This document shows, one piece after another, positions 1 to 7,518 of a stretch of DNA of 12,015 bases. Source of the stretch: Promethearchaeota archaeon (lineage in GTDB: Archaea; Asgardarchaeota; Hermodarchaeia; Hermodarchaeales; Hermodarchaeaceae); the NCBI GenBank assembly GCA_048939625.1, contig JBHLPH010000032.1:1-12015 (forward strand), read 5' to 3'. The translations under genes were made by a program, and so were the position numbers. Every line of letters begins with the position of its first letter. Within the stretch, counting starts at the first letter, position 1. Under the pieces are notes generated by a model. The model ran no database searches. It was not told the DNA's origin and was given only the letters and a program-made list of their open reading frames with translations.

Positions 1-56
1 GCTACACCCCGTCATCTGCAGCATGGGGTACTGCAAGCTAGGATGTAATAGGCTTA

Positions 57-70
57 CATATAAACTTTGT
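57..70 (-). promoter_or_regulatory. Candidate archaeal BRE/TATA promoter for a transcript running off the left edge
   Basis: The minus strand reads ACAAAG-TTTATATG (70..57), a purine-rich BRE-like element followed by a TTTATA box, just downstream of the Nudix stop. Predicted start is near position 34. Confidence 0.5.
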
Positions 71-88
71 TGAGTCCCATTCACAAAC

Positions 89-538
89 TTAGCCAGTTTT
101 GCGGTCCTCTCCACGTGGGAAGGCTCTAGAAGCATCTAGAATTTGTCGGTGGTCGAAGGCCAGTTTCTTTGGTGGCGTGAAGAAAGCCTTCACATCTGTT
201 GTTTCGCTGCTTATTCGTAGCTCTCCTTCGACCCTTCGAACATGAAACGCGATACTAACTACATGGCCCCGTGGATCTCTTGTTGGATTCGAAAAAACTC
301 CGATGAGCCGAATGGGTTCAACAGAGAGTCCAGTTTCTTCTTTTACTTCTCGCATTAGTGCTTCCTCAACAGTTTCACCAATTTCTACCATTCCACCAGG
401 TAAGGCCCAATGATTTTGGAATGGTGGGTATCGACGACGGACTAACACAACGCTTTCATTTGGAAGCGTGATGACAGCGTCAACAGCAATGACTGGAGAT
501 TTTTGGCTCAAACCGCTCCATTCTGAACTGGTCATCAT
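89..538 (-). CDS. Nudix hydrolase (ADP-ribose pyrophosphatase/MutT-like)
   Basis: Intact Nudix box GGMVEIGETVEEALMREVKEETGL (GX5EX7REUXEEXGU), plus WALPGG, RDPRGH and LAFDH motifs typical of the archaeal ADPRase-like subfamily. AGGAG SD at 550..546. Confidence 0.93.
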   Translation of the reverse strand: MMTSSEWSGLSQKSPVIAVDAVITLPNESVVLVRRRYPPFQNHWALPGGMVEIGETVEEALMREVKEETGLSVEPIRLIGVFSNPTRDPRGHVVSIAFHVRRVEGELRISSETTDVKAFFTPPKKLAFDHRQILDASRAFPRGEDRKTG

Positions 539-576
539 CGGTATACTCCTTCCAAGAGTGGTGCGGCTTCGGAATC

Positions 577-584
577 CTTAAAAG
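577..584. promoter_or_regulatory. Candidate shared TATA box of the divergent Nudix and zinc-ribbon genes
   Basis: Reads CTTAAAAG on + and CTTTTAAG on -. It is the best TATA-like box in the 75-bp divergent gap and lies about 30 nt before ATG 614, which has no SD. Confidence 0.4.
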
Positions 585-613
585 CCTTTGTTTACTACGC
601 CAGTCGAACGATT

Positions 614-1099
614 ATGACCATTGACCCCTGGCAAGAGCCTAAACCAACCATAGCACAGCTTCGCAGGCTAGTCGAGCGGATTAAATCCTATGCTCGCACC
701 AGCCGCTTCATGGGATACCTCTCATCAGCAATCCTCATAGTACTAATGATCCAGTTGGGGATTCTCGTTTACAGCAATTTCTTTCCTTTTATCTGGGGCA
801 CTCCACTCCTCATCTTACCTGAATGGTTCTACTACATTATGTTCATTACCTTCGCATTATCAATGGTGGTGTACGGTGTCACTGGCACAATAAATGGTCG
901 ATTAAACAGGTATATCTTAGAATACAAAAAAATCGGGGTCGTCGTCCAGCTTCGCTGTGAGGAATGTAACCGCACCAGTGAACGGGTTTGGGAAAAAGAC
1001 GATTTTGTCTTCAAAAAAGAAGGCGTCTGTGCCTGTGGTGGCACTCAATATGTTTCTCAGATGTATATAATGCCACTCCCATTGAAGAAAGGCGAATAG
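614..1099 (+). CDS. Hypothetical membrane protein, 2 TM helices plus C-terminal zinc ribbon
   Basis: Two long hydrophobic segments followed by CEEC...RVWEKDDFVFKKEGVCACGG (CxxC-x~19-CxC). Fills the space between the Nudix gene and alaS with no overlap. Confidence 0.78.
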   Translation: MTIDPWQEPKPTIAQLRRLVERIKSYARTSRFMGYLSSAILIVLMIQLGILVYSNFFPFIWGTPLLILPEWFYYIMFITFALSMVVYGVTGTINGRLNRYILEYKKIGVVVQLRCEECNRTSERVWEKDDFVFKKEGVCACGGTQYVSQMYIMPLPLKKGE

Positions 1100-1135
1100 T
1101 TACAAATTATTGGTTACGCGGCCTCTACATTTTGC

Positions 1136-2917
1136 TTATTCTGACTTGAGAATTGCTCTTAACCGAAGAGTATCGGCGCCAATTCGTTTCTGCTTCGTTA
1201 TCTTAAATTTCCCAAGTTCACCTGTTTGATTCACGTGTGGTCCACTACAGATTTCCTTGGATATGTCACCTACTGAATAAACTTTAACCTGCTCTCCATA
1301 TTTCTCGCCAAAAAATCCCAAAGCCCCAAGTTTTAGCGCTTCTTCAGGGGACATTACTTCAAAGGTTACAGGGAGATTCTGCTGAATGATTTCATTCACC
1401 CAGTTCTCAATTTCTTCTAGCTCTTCAGCTGTAAGTTTCCGATCTAATTGAACATCCAAACGTAAGCGTTCAGCCGTGATATTGCTTCCTTTCTGGTAGA
1501 TGCTTGATTTCACAAATTTCCGGAGTGCTTGATGAAGTAAATGAGTTGCTGTATGAAGGCGCACAACCTCTTCTGAATGGTCAGCAAGTCCACTAGTAAA
1601 TTTCTGTTGGGTCGCATCACGGGAAATTTGACGATGCTGATCAAACTCTTTCCGAAATTCTTCCAAGTTAATCGTTTGACCGTTTTCTTCAGCAATTTGA
1701 ACGGTCATCTCAATAGGGAATCCATACGTGGCAAAGAGCGTAAACGCGTCTTTACCTGTCAAAACACCCTTTTCCGCTAGAATCTTTTCAGCGATTCGTA
1801 GACCTCGGCGTAAAGTCTTTCGGAAGCGTTTTTCTTCTTTTTCGATTTCTTTTAGGATATGTGCCTTATTTCGGACGAGTTCACCATATTCGTCGCCTAA
1901 GCAAGCGATAACCGGGGGAATGAGATCGCAGAGAAAGAAGCGATCAATCCCTAGTTGTAATCCCTGACGTATCGCAATACGCACTAATCGCCGAATAACA
2001 TATCCTCTTTCAACGTTGGAAGGAACCAGACCATGATCGTCTGCTAGGGCCATGGCTGCAGACCGGATATGATCCGCGATAATTCGGATTAAATGCTGCT
2101 GGTGATTTGTTGGGCTTGTGATATGTGAAAGGTTCTGAATCTTTTCCACAATCGGTTTGAAGACATCAGTCTCATAGACGCTTGGAAGCTTGTTAAGGAC
2201 CTGGAGGGCGCGTTCTAGTCCCATTCCAGTATCAATGTTCTTTTTCTTTAGTGGAGTTAGGGTCCCATCCTCTTCGCGATTATAGGACATGAATACCAAG
2301 TTCCAAATCTCGACATACTTACCGCATCCGCATCCTGGACGGCAGGTCTTCGAACAGCTTTCAAGACCCGTATCAACGAAGATTTCAGTATCAGGTCCCT
2401 GAGGTCCAGTATCACCTAAAGCCCACCAATTCTCCTTGTATGATAAGTAATGGATATGACTACGTGGAAGCCCAAGATTTTCCCAAGCTGTAACTGCTTC
2501 CTCATCAGCAGGAACTTGCTCATCGCCCTCGAAAACGGTAACATGTAAAACCTCTTTTTCGAGACCTAGCCCCGAGTCAGCGTTGAGCAAAAACTCCATG
2601 GCCATTTCGATGGCGCCAGTTTTCCAATAGTCTCCTAAGGACCAATTCCCAAGCATTTCAAAGAAGGTAAGATGGAACGTATCACCTACTTCCTCAATAT
2701 CATCGGTTCGAATACACTTCTGCACATTAACCAGTCGGTTTCCCTCTGGGTGTGGTTGACCTAGCAGATAAGGCACAAGAGGTTGCATTCCTGCACTTTG
2801 AAACAGTACCGTGGGATCTAATTGGGGAATAAGGGAGGCAGATGGAATGATGGCGTGCCCTCTCGCTTTGAAGAATTGTAAATATCGTCTTCGAAGTTCG
2901 AGCGCATTCATTCGCAT
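1136..2917 (-). CDS. alaS: Alanine--tRNA ligase, short form (593 aa, no C-Ala domain)
   Basis: Aminoacylation motifs SAGMQPL, QKCIRTDDIEEVG, HLTFFEMLGNWS, EIWNLVFM, IDTGMGLER, IADHIR, TYGFP. Editing-domain zinc ligands HTATH and EICSGPH. GGTGAGG SD upstream of ATG 2917. Confidence 0.97.
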   Translation of the reverse strand: MRMNALELRRRYLQFFKARGHAIIPSASLIPQLDPTVLFQSAGMQPLVPYLLGQPHPEGNRLVNVQKCIRTDDIEEVGDTFHLTFFEMLGNWSLGDYWKTGAIEMAMEFLLNADSGLGLEKEVLHVTVFEGDEQVPADEEAVTAWENLGLPRSHIHYLSYKENWWALGDTGPQGPDTEIFVDTGLESCSKTCRPGCGCGKYVEIWNLVFMSYNREEDGTLTPLKKKNIDTGMGLERALQVLNKLPSVYETDVFKPIVEKIQNLSHITSPTNHQQHLIRIIADHIRSAAMALADDHGLVPSNVERGYVIRRLVRIAIRQGLQLGIDRFFLCDLIPPVIACLGDEYGELVRNKAHILKEIEKEEKRFRKTLRRGLRIAEKILAEKGVLTGKDAFTLFATYGFPIEMTVQIAEENGQTINLEEFRKEFDQHRQISRDATQQKFTSGLADHSEEVVRLHTATHLLHQALRKFVKSSIYQKGSNITAERLRLDVQLDRKLTAEELEEIENWVNEIIQQNLPVTFEVMSPEEALKLGALGFFGEKYGEQVKVYSVGDISKEICSGPHVNQTGELGKFKITKQKRIGADTLRLRAILKSE

Positions 2918-3029
2918 TAGATCAACCTCACCAAATCCAACTCATGATAACTATTCCCATAGTTTAGGTAGACTCTGGATAAATTACGTACTGCTCAAAA
3001 CGAAATTAACCCCTTAAATTGTTCGGCTC

Positions 3030-3347
3030 TTACCGACGAGTCCATTTCACGGCCTCATCGTACCCAGACCAGCGAGTTCGCCGACCCGCCACCCAATAAA
3101 GAACCAAAATAACGAAAATCGCTGGTAATGCAAGCCAAATGAATTCATAAACTGCATCAAGAGGTGAAATAATCATTTGAGCTGACCAGAATTCAGGATT
3201 AACGCACTCACCAAAAAAGGGCGAGACTGGTCCCATCATGGAATGGACTAGCCAGGGAAGAATCATAACCGCCACTCCGATTATAATACCTGCCATGAGA
3301 TAGATTAACCGACGCCGGTATTGTTTAGTTTGCTCTGGTTTTGTCAC
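3030..3347 (-). CDS. Small hypothetical membrane protein (2 TM)
   Basis: GTG start preceded by AAGGTGA SD. Two hydrophobic helices flanked by Arg-rich termini (positive-inside pattern), with a roughly 30-aa loop between them. Confidence 0.72.
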   Translation of the reverse strand: MTKPEQTKQYRRRLIYLMAGIIIGVAVMILPWLVHSMMGPVSPFFGECVNPEFWSAQMIISPLDAVYEFIWLALPAIFVILVLYWVAGRRTRWSGYDEAVKWTRR

Positions 3348-3382
3348 AATAATTCACCTTTCATATCAGAAGACTGCCATAT

Positions 3383-3396
3383 TAGACTACAGTTTA
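3383..3396. promoter_or_regulatory. Candidate operator palindrome TAGACT-ac-AGTTTA
   Basis: Imperfect 6-2-6 inverted repeat (1 mismatch) between the wHTH gene and the 2-TM gene. An 11/13 copy lies at 3888-3900, upstream of the wHTH gene. Confidence 0.4.
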
Positions 3397-3407
3397 GAAC
3401 ACTCCTT

Positions 3408-3863
3408 TCATGGTAAATCTTTGTACGCTCGCCAGGTTTCAAACCAAAATAATGCTGACGCTCCGCCGCCAAATAGCCATGCAGCTAAATTTCCAAAGGT
3501 CAGATACTGTGGATACACGACTATGAAAATGACCAAGGCAGTCGTGAAAAATGCTGCATAAAAGAGCTGTCGCGGCAAAGCCCTTCGACCCACCCAAATA
3601 AATTGCTTTAGTACTCCGACCTGAACTGCTTCTTCCACGGTATATTCCCCCCTATCCCTTCGGATTAAGCCTAACTCCACTAATTTATCCAAATGGTAGG
3701 CAGCTAAACTGGGTGATGATAATCCGAGCTTTCGTTGGAGTTCTCGAGGTCCGACTGGATCCTTTGTGGACAGTAATTCAAAGTAGACGCGAAGGGTACG
3801 CCCACGCAGTTCGGATTCTAAATCAAGTTCTCGACTACGATCGGCTTCATCTTTAGGATTCAT
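3408..3863 (-). CDS. ArsR-like winged helix-turn-helix transcriptional regulator with two C-terminal TM helices
   Basis: LRGRTLRVYFELL...GPRELQRKLGLSSPSLAAYHLDKLVELGLI..D.GEY forms the wHTH core, followed by PRQLFYAAFF and two hydrophobic helices. GGAG SD. Confidence 0.88.
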   Translation of the reverse strand: MNPKDEADRSRELDLESELRGRTLRVYFELLSTKDPVGPRELQRKLGLSSPSLAAYHLDKLVELGLIRRDRGEYTVEEAVQVGVLKQFIWVGRRALPRQLFYAAFFTTALVIFIVVYPQYLTFGNLAAWLFGGGASALFWFETWRAYKDLP

Positions 3864-4040
3864 TTGGGGTCACTCTCCAAAACCTGGAAACTGAAATCTA
3901 TCAACCATTTCCTGAACTTGTTTTTTAATAAACGGGTTGACGCCTAGTCATGTTCCTCTAGAGTGGCGCTGTTCAAAAATGTAGGTTAATTAATACGTGC
4001 TTCCGACCAGTCGATAGTGGTTAATAGTGGAGATACAATA

Positions 4041-4697
4041 ATGACCATTCCGTCTAGAATCAAGGACATATTTCTTCAGATAAGTGGCTATCTTGTTCCC
4101 CTTCTCCAACAAATTCCTACTCTTGGAATTTATGTGGGTTTGATGACCTTACCCCTAATTGCTGTACTTGCAATATTATTCACCCAGTTTCCATTTAACG
4201 TCATTGGGGGTATCGCTGAATTTATCACGATGAGCCTCATATCCCCCGGTGTCTTTCTAGCAAACCTAGCAACCCTAATAGGAATTTTACTAACTGTCTA
4301 TTCAATAATCTACTTTTATCGGCACAGAAAGATCGGTTTAGTTACAACTGGTCCCTATCGCTTCATTCGCCATCCTCAATACTTGGGCTTCCTATTAATT
4401 ACACTCGGTCTAACGGTTTTCTGTTATTGGTGGCTCTCAAATACCTTTGGAATAGGCTGGCTGTCAAAAGAAGCCACAGTTGCTCTCTGGTTCGTCCAAT
4501 TCGGAATTTATGTAGCTCTAGCACTCATCGAAGAATACTCTTTGACAAAGGAATTGGGTGATGCGTTTCGAGCCTATAGACGCCAAACTTCTTTCTTTAT
4601 TCCGGTCGGTCGCCTAAACCGGTTTGATATTCCCCTCTCGATTTCGATTCTAAGTCTGGCAATGATTAGTTTGCTTTTGATACAAATGATATGGTAG
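4041..4697 (+). CDS. Isoprenylcysteine carboxyl methyltransferase / PEMT-family membrane methyltransferase
   Basis: LVTTGPYRFIRHPQYLG and EE..L...G..F..Y...T..FIP family motifs, and multiple TM helices. ATG 4041 follows a GGAG SD; GTG 4017 is the alternative start. Confidence 0.85.
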   Translation: MTIPSRIKDIFLQISGYLVPLLQQIPTLGIYVGLMTLPLIAVLAILFTQFPFNVIGGIAEFITMSLISPGVFLANLATLIGILLTVYSIIYFYRHRKIGLVTTGPYRFIRHPQYLGFLLITLGLTVFCYWWLSNTFGIGWLSKEATVALWFVQFGIYVALALIEEYSLTKELGDAFRAYRRQTSFFIPVGRLNRFDIPLSISILSLAMISLLLIQMIW

Positions 4698-4808
4698 CCT
4701 TATGCAGTTGTTCAAGTTGATTAGCAGCCTAAACCTTACCGTTACCATACAGACTTAAGAGCAGAATCGTCCTTCCCTTTCTCGATACATTCAATTCATT
4801 CTTTCGAC

Positions 4809-5621
4809 GTGGAAAATATGCTTGTCAAACCCCCTGAAAAAGTTTCAATCGGCATGATTGGGGGAACCGGTGTATACGACCCTGAGGTCTTTACCGACAT
4901 CAAGGATTATAAAATCTATACACCATTCGGTGCCCCCTCCGACAAGATAATGGTTGGTACGTTGAAAAATCAGCGTGTTGCTTTTATCCCTCGCCACGGG
5001 CGAGGTCATAATTATCCCCCACATCTAGTCAATTACAGGGCGAATATTTGGGCTCTCAAATCCATTGGTGTCACACGACTCATCACGGTCTCAGCAGTGG
5101 GGAGTCTTAAAGACGAAATCAAACCAGGTGATCTGTTCATCCCTGACCAAGCCGTTGATTGGACACGAAGCCGCAAACGGACCTTCTTTGAAGAGGGAAT
5201 CGTCGCCCACGTGTCAATGGCAGAACCTTTTTGCCCCGATCTTTCCCGCTTCATCGCTGATCATGCCAAAGCACTCAAGCTTCCCCATCATTACAAAGGA
5301 ACCATTATCACCATTGAAGGACCCCAATTTTCAACAATAGCTGAATCTCATTATTACCGGGCGCAGGGATTTGATATTATTGGTATGACCCTACATCCTG
5401 AAGTCTATCTTGCCCGTGAAGCTCAAATCTGTTTTACGAATGTATCAATGATTACTGACTATGATGTCTATGCAGAAAAACCCGTAAGCCATGAAGAAGT
5501 GCAAAAGACCATGGCTGAAAATCTCGGAAAAGTCAAAACCCTACTCTCTGAAGTTATCCCCAAGATGTCAACAAAACAGGACAACTGTCAATGCGGAAAG
5601 GCTCTCGAAGGGGCCGTTTAA
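4809..5621 (+). CDS. mtnP: S-methyl-5'-thioadenosine phosphorylase (MTAP)
   Basis: IGMIGGTG, TPFGAPS, PRHGRGH, NYRANIWAL, SAVGSL, EGPQFST.AES, IGMT..PE..LARE, the adenine-type TDYD motif and a C-terminal CxC. ATG 4818 is an alternative start. Confidence 0.95.
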   Translation: MENMLVKPPEKVSIGMIGGTGVYDPEVFTDIKDYKIYTPFGAPSDKIMVGTLKNQRVAFIPRHGRGHNYPPHLVNYRANIWALKSIGVTRLITVSAVGSLKDEIKPGDLFIPDQAVDWTRSRKRTFFEEGIVAHVSMAEPFCPDLSRFIADHAKALKLPHHYKGTIITIEGPQFSTIAESHYYRAQGFDIIGMTLHPEVYLAREAQICFTNVSMITDYDVYAEKPVSHEEVQKTMAENLGKVKTLLSEVIPKMSTKQDNCQCGKALEGAV

Positions 5622-5666
5622 TTTGTTAATCAAAACTCAGAGGATCGAAAACCCCTTTCTTCAACC

Positions 5667-5673
5667 TTTTTAA
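5667..5673 (+). promoter_or_regulatory. Candidate TATA box for a leaderless transcript of the 5697 gene
   Basis: TTTTTAA ends 23 nt before ATG 5697 and there is no SD in between, the typical geometry of a leaderless archaeal mRNA. Confidence 0.45.
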
Positions 5674-5696
5674 CAATCCATCTCTATTCCTACATT

Positions 5697-6704
5697 ATGG
5701 ATTATCAAACCCTAGCTCAGCCCGAAGTTGTAGAATGGCTTCTTGAACCTTCTAATCCAAGCGTACGTTTCTGGACTTTCCAACTTCTTCAAGATAAACT
5801 ACGAACTAATGCTGAGGTTCAAGCTGCTCAAAAGGTAATTCCGAACTCACCTGTTGTAAAAGCAATTCTAAGATCGCAAGCCCCAGAAGGTTACTGGGAC
5901 CTCCCTCATAATATTTATGCACACAAATATACGGCAACAACTCACACCCTCCTCATTTTAGCGGAGTTAGGCACTCCTCGGATACCTCAAATAGAGAAGG
6001 GTATCGAACATCTTTTTCAATTCCAACTCAACTCTGGGCATTTTAACACAATACTTCCGAAAACTGCGCGAGGTTACGCAAGTACTGTTTCCGACACTTG
6101 CTGTCTGGATGCCAATATTCTCTACTATCTTGCCCATTTCGACTACCTTGACGACCCACGAACCCAACAAACCATCCAATTCCTAATTGATCATTTCAAT
6201 CCTGAGGAAAGGGGCTGGAAATGCCGGGCCTACCCTATCAATCCCGACGCCGTCTTCCCGCAAGCCTGCTATATGGGTCTTTGCAAAGTTCTCAAAGCAT
6301 TCTCTGTTTTTCCAAAAACTCACTACTCTTCTAAAATAAAGATGATCATAAACCAACTTGTTGAGGTTATATTGGAAAACCAAGTTTACAGATATCTTCG
6401 AGACCCCGATGGGAACCGCAAAGAAAAAGCAGGATGGAAACGTTTTGGGTTTCCACTCTTTTATAACTCTGACATCCTTGATGTATTATGCACACTAGGC
6501 CGACTCAACATCAGAGACCCCCGAATCGAAGATGCTGTGAGGGTCATTATTGACGCCCAACAACCTGATGGAAAATGGATGCTCAAGCACACCTTCAATG
6601 GAAAATTTTGGCACGATATCGAACATAAGGGAAAACCATCAAAATGGATTACTCTTCGTGCATTATTTGTTCTCAAGCATTTTGCAACAACTCTTAAGGG
6701 CTAG
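5697..6704 (+). CDS. Prenyltransferase/squalene-cyclase repeat (alpha/alpha toroid) protein, function unknown
   Basis: QW-like repeats QAPEGYW, QLNSGHF, ERGWKC and QQPDGKW. WLLE...PSVR at the N-terminus, FGFPLFY.SDILDVL and GKPSKWITLRAL mark a widespread uncharacterised family of about 330 aa. Confidence 0.75.
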   Translation: MDYQTLAQPEVVEWLLEPSNPSVRFWTFQLLQDKLRTNAEVQAAQKVIPNSPVVKAILRSQAPEGYWDLPHNIYAHKYTATTHTLLILAELGTPRIPQIEKGIEHLFQFQLNSGHFNTILPKTARGYASTVSDTCCLDANILYYLAHFDYLDDPRTQQTIQFLIDHFNPEERGWKCRAYPINPDAVFPQACYMGLCKVLKAFSVFPKTHYSSKIKMIINQLVEVILENQVYRYLRDPDGNRKEKAGWKRFGFPLFYNSDILDVLCTLGRLNIRDPRIEDAVRVIIDAQQPDGKWMLKHTFNGKFWHDIEHKGKPSKWITLRALFVLKHFATTLKG

Positions 6705-6763
6705 AAGCTTTTATGGAGGTGTCGTCTTGTGGGCAGATGACTGCACCGTAGGAGCCGTATCTA

Positions 6764-7429
6764 ATGGTTGAACCAATTAAATGTCAATTCGTTGATTTCC
6801 AAGAAATCTATGATATGTCTAAGACTCTAGCCTTCAAAGTCACCGAATCAGGGTACAAACCTGATCTTCTCCTGGCTATCGCAAGAAGTGGGTTTGTGCC
6901 TGGACGACTTATCTCCGATTTTTTGGGTAACGCAAATCTCTATGCTCTTAAAGTTGAACACTGGCTCGATACCACAGCTGAACATCAAGAAGATGCTAGC
7001 ATCCCCGTTAAATCACCACTCCCTGTTAAGGGAAAACGAGTGCTTATCATCGATGATATTGTGGACACCGGACGATCAGCTGTCCAAACCCTCAACTATG
7101 TCAAAGACCTTGGTGCAAAGGAAGCGAAAACAGCGGTGATGCTCTACCTCACCGTTTCTGAGCATGAACCCGACTACTATTCCGTTAAACAAAGTGAATG
7201 GGTCTGGTTCATTTGGTTCTGGAATCGCTTTGAGGATTTACGGAATCTAACAATCAAACTCTTCGACAGTGACAAGAATCGCACACTGAGTACTCGCGAC
7301 ATCCTTGCGGGGTTAAAGCAACACTTCACTCTTAATGTGGATCCCAAGGAACTTAAGCAGGTTCTTCTTACAGCTGGTCGTATCGGGAAACTTAACATCG
7401 ATGATTTAGAGAATATTCGCCTTGGCTAA
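6764..7429 (+). CDS. Type I phosphoribosyltransferase (archaeal purine PRTase-like) with C-terminal extension
   Basis: PRPP-binding loop VLIIDDIVDTGRS, YKPDLLLAIARSGFVPGR, and PDYY...W.WF.W.W. AGGAG SD at 6750-6754. Confidence 0.9.
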   Translation: MVEPIKCQFVDFQEIYDMSKTLAFKVTESGYKPDLLLAIARSGFVPGRLISDFLGNANLYALKVEHWLDTTAEHQEDASIPVKSPLPVKGKRVLIIDDIVDTGRSAVQTLNYVKDLGAKEAKTAVMLYLTVSEHEPDYYSVKQSEWVWFIWFWNRFEDLRNLTIKLFDSDKNRTLSTRDILAGLKQHFTLNVDPKELKQVLLTAGRIGKLNIDDLENIRLG

Positions 7430-7445
7430 TGGTTCATTTCAGACA

Positions 7446-7509
7446 TCGAAAAATAACTCCGATTGAGTCCGTTTCTTATTTTTTTCGACCAGTCAGGTCT
7501 AAGAGACCT
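7446..7509. terminator. Candidate bidirectional terminator region between the convergent PRTase and DUF92 genes
   Basis: TCGAAAAATAA (7446-7456) and TTATTTTTTTCGA (7476-7488) form an inverted repeat that gives an oligo-T tract on each strand. A further hairpin AGGTCT-aag-AGACCT lies at 7495-7509. Confidence 0.5.
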
Positions 7510-7518
7510 TTAGCTTAT

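Noticed and set aside
5585-5595. MTAP C-terminal CQC as a CaaX prenylation site or a novel motif
   Set aside because: It is not terminal (the protein ends ...ALEGAV), and CxC is an established feature of this MTAP subfamily.
5697-6704. Calling this a squalene-hopene cyclase, a protein farnesyltransferase, or 'NifH'
   Set aside because: It is about half the size of a cyclase with no DxDD motif, no alpha-subunit gene is adjacent, and it has no P-loop, so a NifH label would be a misannotation.
6733-6741. GCAGATGAC 9-mer shared with the minus strand at 19..11
   Set aside because: A single 9-nt match is expected by chance in 12 kb, and the flanks do not align.
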